64,000 bases of DNA from positions 1 through 64,000 of the forward strand of contig JAPDFW010000099.1 in the NCBI GenBank assembly GCA_028826165.1, given 5' to 3'. The notes beneath the pieces were generated by a model that was not told where the DNA came from, searched no databases, and was given only the letters and a program-made list of their open reading frames with translations. Position numbers and translations under genes: made by a program. Shown here piece by piece: positions 47,537 to 60,910 of the stretch. Every line of letters begins with the position of its first letter. Position 1 is the stretch's first letter. The DNA comes from Anaeramoeba ignava BMAN. Its lineage: Eukaryota > Protista > Anaeramoebae.

Positions 47537-50500
47537 ATGAATTTAAATCAAACAGTTGAACAAACAATTCAAATTTGGAAAAGTAAAAAATAATTCAAAA
47601 TTAATTTTAATTTTAATTTTAATTTATAAAAAATTTTTTTTAAATTAATTAGATTTTGATTTTGAAAATAAAAGATCTGAATTTGATGAAAATAGTTTAA
47701 AAATTGGAGAATTTCAAGAAAATTCAACAAATTCAAGAAAACAACTTTCAAAAGAAACAAAAAGTATTTTTATTTTTATTATTTTTATTATTTTTTTATT
47801 ATAAAAAAAACATTTTCAAATTAAAAATTTTAATTCATTTTTCATTTTAAAAGATTTTTTATCACTTCAAAATACTGAAAAATTAAAAAAATTTTCATCA
47901 TTGATTAAGAATTATCAAAAGGAAATTGATTCTTTAACTGAAAGAGCCAAATTCTCTGAAAAATCAATTTTATCAATTTATCAATTTTTTTCAACAGCAC
48001 CTGATCCAACTCCAATTCTTGAATTAATTTTAGTACTTTTAATACTTTTAATCCCTATTTACTCAATATTTTTTTAACCTTCGTTTTATTCTCTTTTTAA
48101 TTTGCAAATTTATATTAATAGAAAGAATATATTGAACTTGAAAAAATTAAAGAAAATTATAAACAAAATGAAAACTCAGAAAAAAATTCTAATTCAAAAA
48201 AACAATTATTATTAATTGAAGATTTAAAGAATAAAAATCAACAAATGAAAAAAGATTTTGAAAATCAATTGGAAGAAAAAAAATTACAATATGATTTAGC
48301 AATTCAAGAACTAAATCAAAAATTACAAAAAGAACAAGAAAATTTCAAATTATTTCAATCTAATCAAAATATTGAACAAAATGAAATTTTTGAATTAAAA
48401 ACAAAACATCGTAAATTAAATATTTAATTAAAATAATATTTAATTTAAAAATAATATTTAATTTAAAAATAATATTTAATTTAAAAATAATATTTAATTT
48501 AAAAATAATATTTAATTTAAAAATAATATTCAATTTAAAAATATTTAATTCTAAAAATATTCAATTTACAATATTTAATTCAAAAATAATATTTAATTTA
48601 AAAATAAATATTTAATTTAAAAATAATATTTAATTTAAAAATAATATTTAATTCAAAAATAATATTTAATTTAAATAATAATTCAAAAATAATATTTATT
48701 TAATTTAAAAATAATATTTAATTCAAAAATAATATTTAATTCAAAAATAATATTTAATTCAAAAATAATATTTAATTTAAAAATAATATTTAATTTAAAA
48801 ATAATATTTAATTTAAAAATAATATTTAATTTAAAAATAATATTTAATTTAAAAATAATATTTAATTTAAATCCAAAAATAATATTTAATTTAAAAATAA
48901 TATTTAATCCAAAAATAATATTTAATTCAAAAATAATATTTAATCCAAAATAATATTTAATTCAAAAAAAATAATATTTAATTCAAAAATAATATTTAAT
49001 TTAATTCAAAAAATAATATTTAATTCAAAAATAATATTTAATTTAAAAATAATATTTAATTCAAAAATAATATTTAATTCAAAAATAATATTTAATTCAA
49101 AAATATTATTTAATTTAAAAATAATATTTAATCCAAAAATAATATTTAATTTAAAAATAATATTTAATTTAAAAATAATATTTAATTTAAAATATTTAAT
49201 TTAAAAATATTATTTAATTTAAAAATATTCAATTTAAAATATTTAATTTAAAAATAATATTTAATTTAAAATATTCAATTCTAAAAATTAAATACAAGAA
49301 TTAAATGCAAAAGAAAAAGAAAATGAAATGATTTCTTTAGATCTTCAAAATGCTCATCTTCGTATTTCTGAACTTGAAAAAAATATTGAATTATTAAAAA
49401 ATCCTTCAAATAATCAAGAAGACCAAAAACAACTTCTTCAAAAAATTTCTAAATTGGAAAACAATTATCAAGAAAAAATGGAACAAATCAATGAATTTGA
49501 AGAACAAATTAAAGAACTTGAACAATCAACAAATGAAAAAGAAGTTGAAATTCTAGAACAAAAACAAAAATTCCAAAAAGAAAAAGAAAAATATGAAGAT
49601 AAAATTGAAGAATTAAATTTAAAACTCACTTCACTTCCAAATGAAAAAGAATTTTCTAAAATTAAAAAAGAATTGGAAATTTTAAAAACTGTTGAATTTG
49701 GATTTTTAAATGAAAATGAAAATCAAAATGAAAATGAAAAAGAAATTCAAAATGAAAAAGGATTGAAATTATTGCTATTAAAAAAATCTAGACATCTTGA
49801 AAATCAAGTTACAAAATTTAAAGTGGAATTAAATAAAAAACAACAAATTCTTGAAAATTTAACTCAACAAAATTCTCAACTCAATGAATCATTAAATCAA
49901 TCACAAAATTTAATCAAAAAATTAGAATCAGATTTATTAATTGCACAAAAAGAAAGATTAAAAGGAAATATTTCAACTCAAGAATATGAAAACATTAATA
50001 ACAACAATTTATCAAATCAAAACGATAATAACACAAAAAATTCAATTATTGAAATTGAGGAAAATGAAAAACAAATTCAATCTGATAAAAACGAACAAGA
50101 AAAAAACGAAAAAATTCAACAAAAAATAGTTGAACAAAAAAAAATGTTTGATATTGTTTGTCAACAAAGAGATCGTTTTAGAAATCAATTAGAACAAATG
50201 GAAAACAAAAATCAAGAATTATCATTTCAATATCAAGAATGCTCAAAATTGAATAAAAGATTACAAGCAGATAATCTTAAATTTTATGAGAAAATTAAAT
50301 TTTTACAAAATTATCAACAAACAAGATCAAATCCAAATTCAAAAATTAATTTTTCTGAAAATATTGATTCAGAACTTGGTTTAAATTCATCAAGAATAGA
50401 AAATGATTATGAAAAAATAATGAATAGAAAAAATGAACAATCTGATTTAATTCAACAATATAAAGAAATTTATGATGAAGGAATAAATCCTTTTAATGAA

Positions 50501-50744
50501 TTTAGTATTCAAGTAAATAATTTTTATTAATTTTAATTCAATAATTTTTAATTCAATAATTTTTATTAATATTTTAATTAATTAGGAAAGAAATTCTCAA
50601 TATCAAAATTTACATCCAATTGAAAAAATTACTTTAAAAGCAAGTAAATTTATTTTATCAAATCGAAATGCAAGATTTTTCTTATTTTTTTATACAATTC
50701 TTATTCATTTAATTACTATAATTTTACTTTTTATTTTGATTTAA
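47537..50744 (+). CDS. Golgin CASP (CUX1/Coy1 family), multi-exon
   Basis: N-terminus IWK..SRKQLSKETK..IKNYQKEIDSLTERAKFSE..APDPTPIL; CASP C-terminal IVCQQRDRFR, LQADNLKFYEKIKFLQNY, INPFNEF; TM ARFFLFFYTILIHL with the conserved Tyr and His. Confidence 0.92.
48411..49298 (+). repeat. Intron filled with ~18-bp (AAAAATAATATTTAATTT)n
   Basis: GT at 48411, AAG ending at 49298, phase-1 join H-Q-L-N-A. Confidence 0.85.
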
Positions 50745-51006
50745 TTTTTTGAATTTAGTTCATTTGAATTTTCTTTAAATAAAAAATTTTAATCAATTTT
50801 TTTTTTTCATCAAGCAAACTTTAATAAAAAAAAAAATTTCAAATCAAAATCAATTTAAAATTATAAAACACCCCTAAAAATTAAAATCACAATCACAATC
50901 ACAATCAAAATTTCTTTTAAAATTTTTCTCAAATTCAAAATTAAGTTTAAAATTTTTTTTCAATTTTTTCATTTCATTTTTTTTTTTCAAATTTTAAAAA
51001 TATAAA

Positions 51007-53706
51007 ATGGAACCATCAAGACTTTCAATTTCAAGAAATGTTGATTCACTTGGCAAAAAATTACGCAGAGCTAACCTTTCTAAATTTAATAGAGAAAGTC
51101 GATCAACTTCAGTCCAAGACTCAATTCAACTTTCAACTGAATCTGAAAAATAAACCAAAAGATAATTTGGAAAATGAATCTGATTTTGAAGTTATTGTTG
51201 ATTTTGAAAATCCAAAATTAAATCAAGCAATGGAAAATCATGAAAATCAAGAAATAAGGAATTATGAAAAAAAGAAAAAAAAGAAAAAGAAAAAAATAAC
51301 AGATTTTTCACAACAACCAATTTTATTAAGGAAAATTATTGAACAAAGACTTCAACAAAAAGCTCAAGAACCTTTAAAAGAAAAACATATTCAACACGAA
51401 GAAAAAGAATCAAATGTTTCTTGTTTTTATAAATATAAAAAATTCTTCTTATTTTTGATCCCTTTTTCTATTGTTGGTTTTATTGCTTTGATTTTTTACT
51501 TATTTGGTTCTTCTGCTGAAATTACTGAAGTAAAAGTTCATATGTGGGGTTTTACAATTTTATTTCTTTATGGAACTTATTGGGGATTTTATTTTATTTT
51601 TTCAAGAAGTATTTTTATTTCAAATTCAAATTCAAATTCAAATTCAAATTAAAATCAAAATTAAAAATCAAAATCAAAAAAATTAAAATCAAAATCAAAA
51701 TCAAATTCAAAATCAAAATTCAAATTCAAATTCAAATTCAAATTCAAATTCAAATTCAAAATCAAAATTAAAATCTAAATCAAAATCAAATTCAAAATTA
51801 AAATCTAAATCAAAATCAAATTCAAAATTAAATTTTAAATCAAATTATTTTAGTTTATTGGGCTTTAGGATTTTGTTTAAAACCTTCCAAATTATATAGA
51901 ATTAAACCTCTTCGTTTACCTCTTGGTTTATTTTTTGCATGTAAATTAATAGAAAATAATTAACAAATTTTTTTATATCAAATTTTATTAATAATTTTAT
52001 TAATATTAATAAAGCTCTTACAGCCTATATTGTTTGGGATACAATACTTGCAACATCTTTAAGAACAACATTTATTAATCAATTACTTCTTTTCATAGTA
52101 AATTTTCAAAAAAATTAAATTCAAATCAAATCAAAATTAAATTCAAATCAAAATCAAAATCAAAATCAAATCCAAATTTAAATCAAAATTAATTTAATTT
52201 AAAAATTAGTTAGTTTCATCAATCATAAGATGCTTTCTTGAAATTCTTCTTCAATATGTTGATAAAAGATTACTTGATAAAACTTATTTTGATAAATTAT
52301 TTCAAAGTTTAGAAGAAGAATCTTATATTAAAAATCTCATTTCACAAACTCCTCATTTCCCAAAAAAATTCCAAGAAAAATTAACACAACCTTCTCAAGA
52401 AGATAGTAAAGAAATTCCTTTAGTAGAAATAGCACAACCGATTGAACCACTTCCTCAAACAAAAAAGCCAAGATTAATAAGCAAAAAACAAAAGAAATTA
52501 ATGAATTTTGGAATTTCTAAAGTAAATTATATTTAATAATAAAATAATAAAATATTGAATTGAATTTAAAAATTTAAATCAAAAAGGCTAGAAAATTATT
52601 TCTTCAACAAAATGATGTTCTTTATGTTAAAAAAGATGAAAAATTACACCATAAAGTTAATATATTTGTAGAAGAAATCATGTCAAATGCAGATATTCAA
52701 GAAAAAGGATTTTTAACTTATTTAGATTTTGAATTATTTTTTCATCCACAAAAAGCTAAAAAAGCATTTTTATTTTTTCTAAGTTCACCAATAATAGAAG
52801 AATCAGAATTAAAGGAAAAGAAAATAACACCAGAAATATTAAAACCAAAAATAACAGATTTTTTTATTGAAAGAGGAAATTTAAAAAAAACAATTCAACA
52901 ACATCAAAGTTTATCAGAAATTGTGAAGAAATTATTAAAATTTGTTTATTGGGTTATAATGATAATTGTTTTCCTTATTATTATCAAAGTTGATTTGGGA
53001 AGTTTATTTCTTGCTTTAGTAACTTTATTAGTTTCATTAAGTTTTGCTTTTTCAGGAATAATTAAGAATTTTGTTGATTCATTAACTTTAATATTTGGAG
53101 TTAAACCTTATGATACTGGGGATGTTGTTATAATTGAGGATATTGGGTATACTGTGAAAGGAATGGATTTGTACAAAACAATATTCGAAGATTTTCAAGG
53201 CAGAAGATGGTATTTCGCAAACTGGAGTCTTCTATCAAAACCAATTGCAAATTATAAAAGAAGTCCAAATGTTGTTTTTTTCAGAGAAATTTGGATCAGT
53301 TCAAAAACTTCAACCAAAAAAATTATGCAGTTTGGAGAAAAATTGGATGCTTTTATTAAAGCAAATCCTGAATCATTTGATCCTTTATTTACTTTTAAAA
53401 TTGCAGGATTGGATAAAGTTGTGGAAAAAATATTACTATTATTTTCTATAACGATTAAATGCAATTCTTGGCAAGATTTTACAGTTTGGACAGATTTAAG
53501 GAATGATTTCTATTTATTTTGCAATAATGGTAAATTATTTTTAAAAAATGAAAATAATATTTTTTTGTTCCACTTTTTTTATTAATTAAAATTTAAACAC
53601 AAAAATATTATATTTTTTTTTATAATAAATAGCTTTTAATGAATTAGGTATTGCTTATGAATATCCATCAATGGATCTTGATATTTTTGTTCATCAATCA
53701 AATAAT
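51007..53706 (+). CDS. MscS-like (MSL) mechanosensitive ion channel, multi-exon
   Basis: Multiple TMs; LSFAFSGIIKNFVDSLTLIFGVKPYDTGDVVII..V..MDLYKTIF..YFANWSLLSKPIANYKRS; terminal ELGIAYEYP. Frameshift near 51146. Confidence 0.9.
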
Positions 53707-54016
53707 AAAAAACAAAAATTGCAAAAAGCAAAAAAGAAAAATATTCCAGAAGTAATAATGCCATTTTTAGATAAATAAATTTATTAAAGAGAAAAGAAAA
53801 AGAATAATGAAAATGAAAAGAAGAAAAGAATGAAAAAGAAAAGAAGAATGAAAAAGAAGAATGAAAATGAATAAAAATAAGTTCTGAATTTTTTTTTCTC
53901 CTTTTTTTTTTCTCCTTTTTTAATTTATTTAATTTTTTCCTTTTTTTTTTTTTTTCATTTTTTTTCTCGTTAAAAAACAAAAACAAAAACAAAAAAAATT
54001 TTTTCAATCATATTTA

Positions 54017-56375
54017 ATGAAAGTTGAAAAAAAATCAAAATTATCAAAATCTTTTATTATAATTCTTTTTCTATTTGAGGTTGCAATGTTTTTTGCTTTT
54101 GGATTTTGGATGGATTATGATGATTCCTATGATCCTTCAACTGAAGAAACAGATCCAAGAGTTGAAAATTATTTTACTTTCTTTTCAGATTCAACAGTTT
54201 TGACAGTTTTTGGATTTGCTTTTATGTTAATTTACTTGAGAAAATATGCTTTTTCTTCTGCTGGTTTTTCCTTTTTATTAGCTTCAATTGCTTTTCAATT
54301 AGCTATTGTTTTCTATGGTTTTTTTTATATGATTCATGAAGATGGATTTTCAAAATTTAAGTTAACTATTGAAACTTTAGGTCATGGAATTTATGGAAGT
54401 TTAAGTGTGTTAATTACTTTTGGGTAAATTTCTCTTGAAAAAAATTTTTTTTTTTTCTTTTTCATTCAAATAAAATGAAATGAAATGAAATAATAAGCCA
54501 ACGCACCACCAAAACAAAACAAAACTAAAATTAAAATTAAAATTAAAATTAATTTAAAAATTTCAATTAACATGAAATGAAATGAAATTCATTTAAAAAT
54601 TTCAATTAACATGAAATGAAAATTAAAATTAAAATTAAAATTAAAATTCATTTAAAAATTTTAATTAACATGAAATGAAATGAAATGAAATGAAATTAAA
54701 TTAAATTAAATTAAATTAAATTAAAAACAAAAATAGAGCTGTTATCGGACAAACAACACCCACACAACTAATAATAATCGCAATATTTGAGATATTCTTT
54801 TTCGAATTAAATCATTATGTTTGCATATTTGAAGTTCAAGCTATAGATATTGGAGGTGCAATATATTTACATGAATTTGCAGGATTTTTTGCATATGCGT
54901 TAAGTGCTGGACTTGGAAAAGTGAAGGAGATCAAAAACAATCCTGATCGAAAACCATCATATAATTCAAATTTGTTCTCCATTTTAGGAACAATGTTTCT
55001 TTGGATTTTATGGCCAAGTTTGAATGGAATTTTCGCAATACCTGGCCAACAATTTAGAGCTATTATTAATACTATTCTTGCTATGTCTAGTTCTGTTATT
55101 ACTTCTTTTGCAGTTTCTATTGGTGCTCATGGTAAATTAGATATGTTTGATATACAAAATGCAAGTTTAGCTGGTGGAATTGTTGTTGCTGGAAGGTATT
55201 TATTTTTTGTTATTTTTCAATTAAAATTCTTAAAAACAAGAAATTAAGAACAAAAAAAAATAAATTATTTTATATTTAAAATTAAACAAAAACATGAAAT
55301 TAATTTTTTTTAGTGCAAATTTATCAATTTCTCCTCTTGGTTCTTTAGTATGTGGAATTGTTGGAGCTTTTATTTCAACTATTGGAACAGTTTTTCTACA
55401 TAAATTTTTCTATAAAACATTTGGTTATGCTGATACAAGAGCCTCTTTATTGTAAAATTTATAAATTCATTTTAAAATTAAAATTCATTTTAAAATTAAA
55501 ATTGATTTTTAAATTTAAATTTATTTTAAAATTAAAATTCATTTTGAAATTCATTTTAAAATTAAAATTCATTTTAAAATTTAAATTCATTTTAAAATTG
55601 AAATTCATTTTGAAATTAAAATTCATTTTGAAATTTAAATTCATTTTGAAATTAAAATTCATTTTGAAATTTAAATTCATTTTGAAATTAAAATTCATTT
55701 TGAAATTTAAATTCATTTTGAAATTAAAATTCATTTTGAAATTAAAATTTATTTTGAAATTCATTTTAAAATTTATAAATTAAAATTCATTTTAAAATTT
55801 AAATTCATTTTGAAATTTAAATTCATTTTAAAATTAAAATTCATTTTTAAATTCATTTTAAAATTTAAATTTATTTTAAAATTTAAATTCATTTTAAAAT
55901 TTAAATTCATTTTAAAATTTATAAATTAAAATTCATTTTAAAATTGAAATTCATTTTGAAATTAAAATTCATTTTAAAATTTATAAATTAAAATTCATTT
56001 TGAAATTAAAGTGTTCATGGATTTCCTGGAATTGTTGGAGGAATTGCATCAGTAATAGCAGTTGTAGATGCATCATCAAATGAATATCCATATTATGAAC
56101 ATTATCATGAATTTTTCCCACGAGGAAGTGTACAATTTGCAATTCAAATAGCAGCAATAGGAATTACAATATTAATTGCATATATTTCAGGTTGGTTAGT
56201 TGGAAAAATTTTGAATTTAGGATCTTTTCTTACTGAAACTTTATTTGATGATGGTGATAAATGGCATACTCCTTCTGATTTTAAAAAAACCCAAATTGAC
56301 CCTCTTGGTATTCCTAGAGATACTGATGGAAATGTTGTTGGTGAATGGATTGAAGAAGATTTTAAACAAATTTAA
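54017..56375 (+). CDS. Rh-family ammonium transporter, 4 exons
   Basis: LRKYAFSS, LITFG|AVIGQ, DIGGAIYLHEF, SNLFSILGTMFLWILWPSLNG, IQNASLAGG, VHGFPGIVGG. Introns 54424-54736, ~55196-55313 and 55452-56011. Confidence 0.92.
55452..56011 (+). repeat. Intron filled with ~18-bp (AAATTCATTTTRAAATTW)n
   Basis: GT..AAG boundaries, in-frame join F-V-H-G. Confidence 0.85.
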
Positions 56376-56685
56376 TTTTCAAAAAAAAAAGAATTCCACT
56401 TTTTTTTTTGCTTTTTTTTTTTGATATTTGAACCTTTTTTTTTTTTTTAAAAAGGAAGAATATTTCTTTTTTTTTTTTTGGATTTTCTTTTTTCTGTCTT
56501 TTTTCTCCTTTTTTTTCAATTAATTCTTCTTTTTTTTTTTCTACTTTTTTCTAATCAAAAAAAAAAATAATCAATTAAATTTCCAATTTATTTTTGCTTT
56601 TTCAAAATATCCGTTAAACTAAAAATTATTTTTTCATTTTTTCATTTTTTCATTTTTTCATTTTCCAAATTAATATTAATTAAAA

Positions 56686-57785
56686 ATGGCTGATGATATT
56701 TATTATTCTCCAAAATATTATGATGATGAATTTGAATATCGGTAAATTTTTCATTTTACAAACACAATTTAAATTCAATTCAATAATAAAAATCAATTCA
56801 AAATTAAAATCAAAATCAATATTCAATTCAATATTCAATTCAATATTCAATTCAATATTCAATCCAATATTCAAATCAATATTCAAATCAAAATCAAAAT
56901 TAAAATCAATATTCAATTCAAAATTAAAATCAATATTAAAATCAAAATCAATATTCAATTCAATATTCAAATCAATATTCAATTCAATATTCAATTCAAT
57001 ATTCAATTCAATATTCAATTCAAAATCAAAATTAAAATCAAAATTAAAATCAAAATCAATATTCAATTCAAAATTAAAATCAAAATCAATATTCAATTCA
57101 ATATTCAATTCAATATTCAATTCAATATTCAATTCAATATTCAATTCAAAATTAAAATCAATATTCAATTAAAATCAAAATCAAAATTAAAATCAATATT
57201 CAATTCAATATTCAATTCAATATTCAATTCAATATTCAATTCAATATTCAATTCAATATTCAATTCAATATTCAATTCAATATTCAATTCAATATTCAAT
57301 TCAAAATTCAATTCAAAATTCAATTCAAAATCAAAATTAAATTCAAAATTAAATTCAATATTAAATTCAATATTAAATTCAATATTCAATTCAATATTAA
57401 ATTCAATATTAAATTCAATATTCAATTCAATATTCAATTCAATATTCAATCCAAAATCAAAATCAAAATTAAAATCAAAATCAAAATCAAAATCAAAATC
57501 AAAATCAAAATCAAAATCAAAATCAAAATCAAAATCAAAATCAAAATCAAAATCAAAATCAAAATCAAAACCAGACATGTAATTCTTCCAAAAACAATGG
57601 GAAGAAAAATTCCAAGCGATCATCTATTATCAGAAACAGAATGGAGAGCAATTGGTATTTGTATGAGTAGAGGTTGGATTCATTATCATTATCATAAACC
57701 TGAACCAAATATTTTACTTTTTAGAAGACCTTTAACTGAAGATCAAAAACATTTACAAAAACAATTAGGAACTCAACAAATTTAA
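56686..57785 (+). CDS. CKS1: Cyclin-dependent kinase regulatory subunit Cks1/Suc1, 2 exons
   Basis: MADDIYYSPKYYDDEFEYR|HVILPK..LLSETEWRAIGICMSRGWIHY..HKPEPNILLFRRP; intron 56742-57574. Confidence 0.97.
56742..57574 (+). repeat. Intron filled with (AATATTCAATTC)n and (AAAATC)n
   Basis: GTAAAT..CCAG boundaries, phase-2 join. Confidence 0.9.
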
Positions 57786-57873
57786 AATTCAAAATTCAAA
57801 TTCAAATTCAAATTCAAATTAAATTTCAAATTTAAAATTCAAATTCAAATTCAAATTAAAATCAAAATTCAAA

Positions 57874-57908
<35 letters not shown>

Positions 57909-58067
57909 AAATTTAAATTTAAATTTCGTTCTTCTTATTTTTCTTGTTTTGTTCTTTTTTGATTTTTTTGTTAAAATGAGATTGGAATTATTGTTTTTTT
58001 TTTTCATTTTATTTTTCCTAATAAAATCCAAATTATGAGAAAAAAGAAAAAATCCAAAATTTCACTT

Positions 58068-60876
58068 TCAATTTTTATCTTCTTTTTCTTTTTCATTTTC
58101 TTTTTCATTTTGATTTTCTTTTTCATTTTCATTTGATTTTATATCTGTAACTTTGTTCTTTAATCTTTCTTCCATATTTTCAATAAATTTAGGATTTGAA
58201 CCTTTTTCTTTACTTCCAAAAAGAGCCCAATCAGGTGTTTTCATCATATAATCTTCTCTTGTAAAAGGTTTTTTTTCTTGAAATAATTGCTATAAAATAA
58301 AAGAAGAAAATGTTTTTCAAAATTTTAATTTTCAATTATTATTTTGATTTAAATTTATATTTACAAAAAATTTATCAAAATCTATCCAAGTGTGCCAACT
58401 ATTATTTTTGTAAAAAATTTTCTTTGCAATTAAAATTCCACAACTATGAGCATGTTCACATGCAATTCCATAATTTTCTTTCATATAATCATTTTCCATA
58501 AATTCTTGAGCCATTTTGACAATTTCTTGATGATAAGGAACATTCTAAATTATTTAATAATAATAATATTATTATTTTTATTTCATGTTTTTGTTAATTT
58601 TAATTATCAAAATTACATTCATTGAAACTTTTGGATTTGTTCCAAATCCACCATAAGTAACACCTTTTAATTCAACAAAATCTGGTTTTCCCAATTTAAT
58701 CAAATCAACATAATTTTGGATAAAGTTATCATTATATTGTTTTAAAACTGTAATTCGGAAAACTGTTCTTTCATTTCTTTTTGCTAAATTTTCAATTGAT
58801 TTAAGAAATCTTTCCCAAAAATCAGGAAATAAAGGACGATCCAATTCAAATAAAATATCTTTTGTTGGAGCATCAATACTCAAATATAATTGAGTAACTG
58901 GTTTAATTGATTCAATTTTTTCAGGAAATTGTGCATTTGTCACACAAAATGTTGAGATTCTATTTTCATGGAGAATATCAGTAAATTCATCAAATTGAGG
59001 ATAAATAATTGGTTCTCCAACAAGTGATAAAGCACAATGACGAACCTGATTTAATATTATGGAAATTTAATAATTTAGTGTCATGTTAGTGTTAATAAAT
59101 TTTATATTTTATATTTTCAAATTTACATTAAAAGCATCTTTATATCTATCTGAAGTTACACCAGGAACTCCTTTCCAAGGTTTTATCAAATCTTTTTGAG
59201 CTTTGATTGATCCTTGATAAATCATTTCAGGAGGATCTTGCTAATAAATATTTTTTTTAAATTTCATGTTTTTAAATATTTTTTTGAATTTTTTTTTTAA
59301 ATTTCATGTTTTTAACAAACTTTATAATGCCAAGAAGTGCAAGTTGGATTTTTGTTGTGTCTCCAACAGAAAATACATTTATTAGCACAAGCAAGTGAAG
59401 TTGTCATTTCCATACAAGAATATGAAATAATACCATAAAAGGCATGTTTATAGCAAACACCTTTTCCTCTTAGCATAGCCTTAGCCCATCGGCATAATTT
59501 TACAGCAGAATGAGTTCCTACTGTGATATACTTTTGTTTTGTCAAAATTTTATTCATAATTGGTGTTAACATTTCAACATCTTCAATATCAGTCGTTTGA
59601 TTTTCATCATTTTCATCATTTTCGAAATTATCATCTTCATCTTCATCTTCATTATCAATATCAATATCAATATCTTTATCATTTTCTTTATCGTTATGCA
59701 AAATGACATTTTCATTCAATTTTTCATTTGGTTTTAATATTGCTTTCAATTTTTCAACTAAAATATCAGTAAATCTATTAAAATGCAGAAGAAGTTCTTC
59801 AAATTTATTTCCATGATTTCCTAATCCTTTCTTTAAGATTGAGTTTCCTCCTTTTTTTCTTAAGTAAACATCAACATCTCTTGCAAATTTATTGTATTTT
59901 TCATTATAACTAAGATCACCAATTCCATAAATCCAATATCGTAATTTTGATAAATAATTTTGTGGGATTCTTTGGTCATTAACAAGATCTGTTAAAAAAT
60001 GTGAGAAAGTTTTTGCTGAGCGTGGTGGTCCTCCTTAATTATTTTTAATTTAAATTTAAAATATTTATTTAATTATTGATTTAATTATTTTGTATTTAAT
60101 TATTTTGAATTTAATTATTTATTTAATTATTTATTTAATTATTTTGGATTTAATTATTTTGGATTTAATTATTTATTTAATTATTTATTTAATTATTTAT
60201 TTAATTATTTTGGATTTAATTATTTATTTATTTATTTTGGATTTAATTATTTTGGATTTAATTATTTTGGATTTAATTATTTATTTAATTATTTTGGATT
60301 TAATTATTTATTTATTTATTTATTTAATTATTTATTTAATTATTGATTTAATTATTTATTTAATTATTTTGGATTTAATTATTTATTTAATTAATTGATT
60401 TAATTATTTTGGATTTAATTATTTGATTTAATTATTGATTTAATTATTTGATTTAATTATTTATTTAATTATTTTGATTTAATTATTTTGGATTTTAATT
60501 ATTTTGATTTAATTATTTTGGATTTAATTATTTATTTAATTATTTTGGATTTAATTATTTTGGATTTAATTATTTATTTAATTATTTATTTAATTAATTA
60601 TTTAATTATTTTGGATTTAATTATTGATTTATTTAATTATTATTTTGATTTATTAATTATTTAATTATTTAATTATTTTGGATTTAATTATTTTGGATTT
60701 AATTATTTTTGGATTTAATTATTTATTTAATTATTTATTTAATTATTTATTTAATTATTTTGGATTTAATTATTTTTATTTAATTTATTTATTTAATTAT
60801 TTAATTTTTATTTAATTATTGATTTAATTATTTATTTAATTATTTATTTAATTATTTATTTAATTATTATTGATTT

Positions 60877-60910
<34 letters not shown>

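Noticed and set aside
11340-51150. Frameshifts in Clu, PWI, Sec14, p101-like, BRF1, RCC1-BTB and MscS genes as programmed frameshifting, RNA editing or pseudogenes
   Set aside because: They nearly all fall in homopolymer runs and affect essential genes such as BRF1, which is typical of long-read consensus errors.
54496-54515. Short GC-rich island (GCCAACGCACCACC) in Rh intron 1
   Set aside because: Too short, with no recognisable snoRNA boxes or hairpin; I cannot assign a function.
58010-58070. Possible C-terminal TM anchor on TYW1 if a frameshift is assumed
   Set aside because: An in-frame TGA exists at 58070-58068, and the hydrophobic reading can be explained by T-rich UTR sequence.
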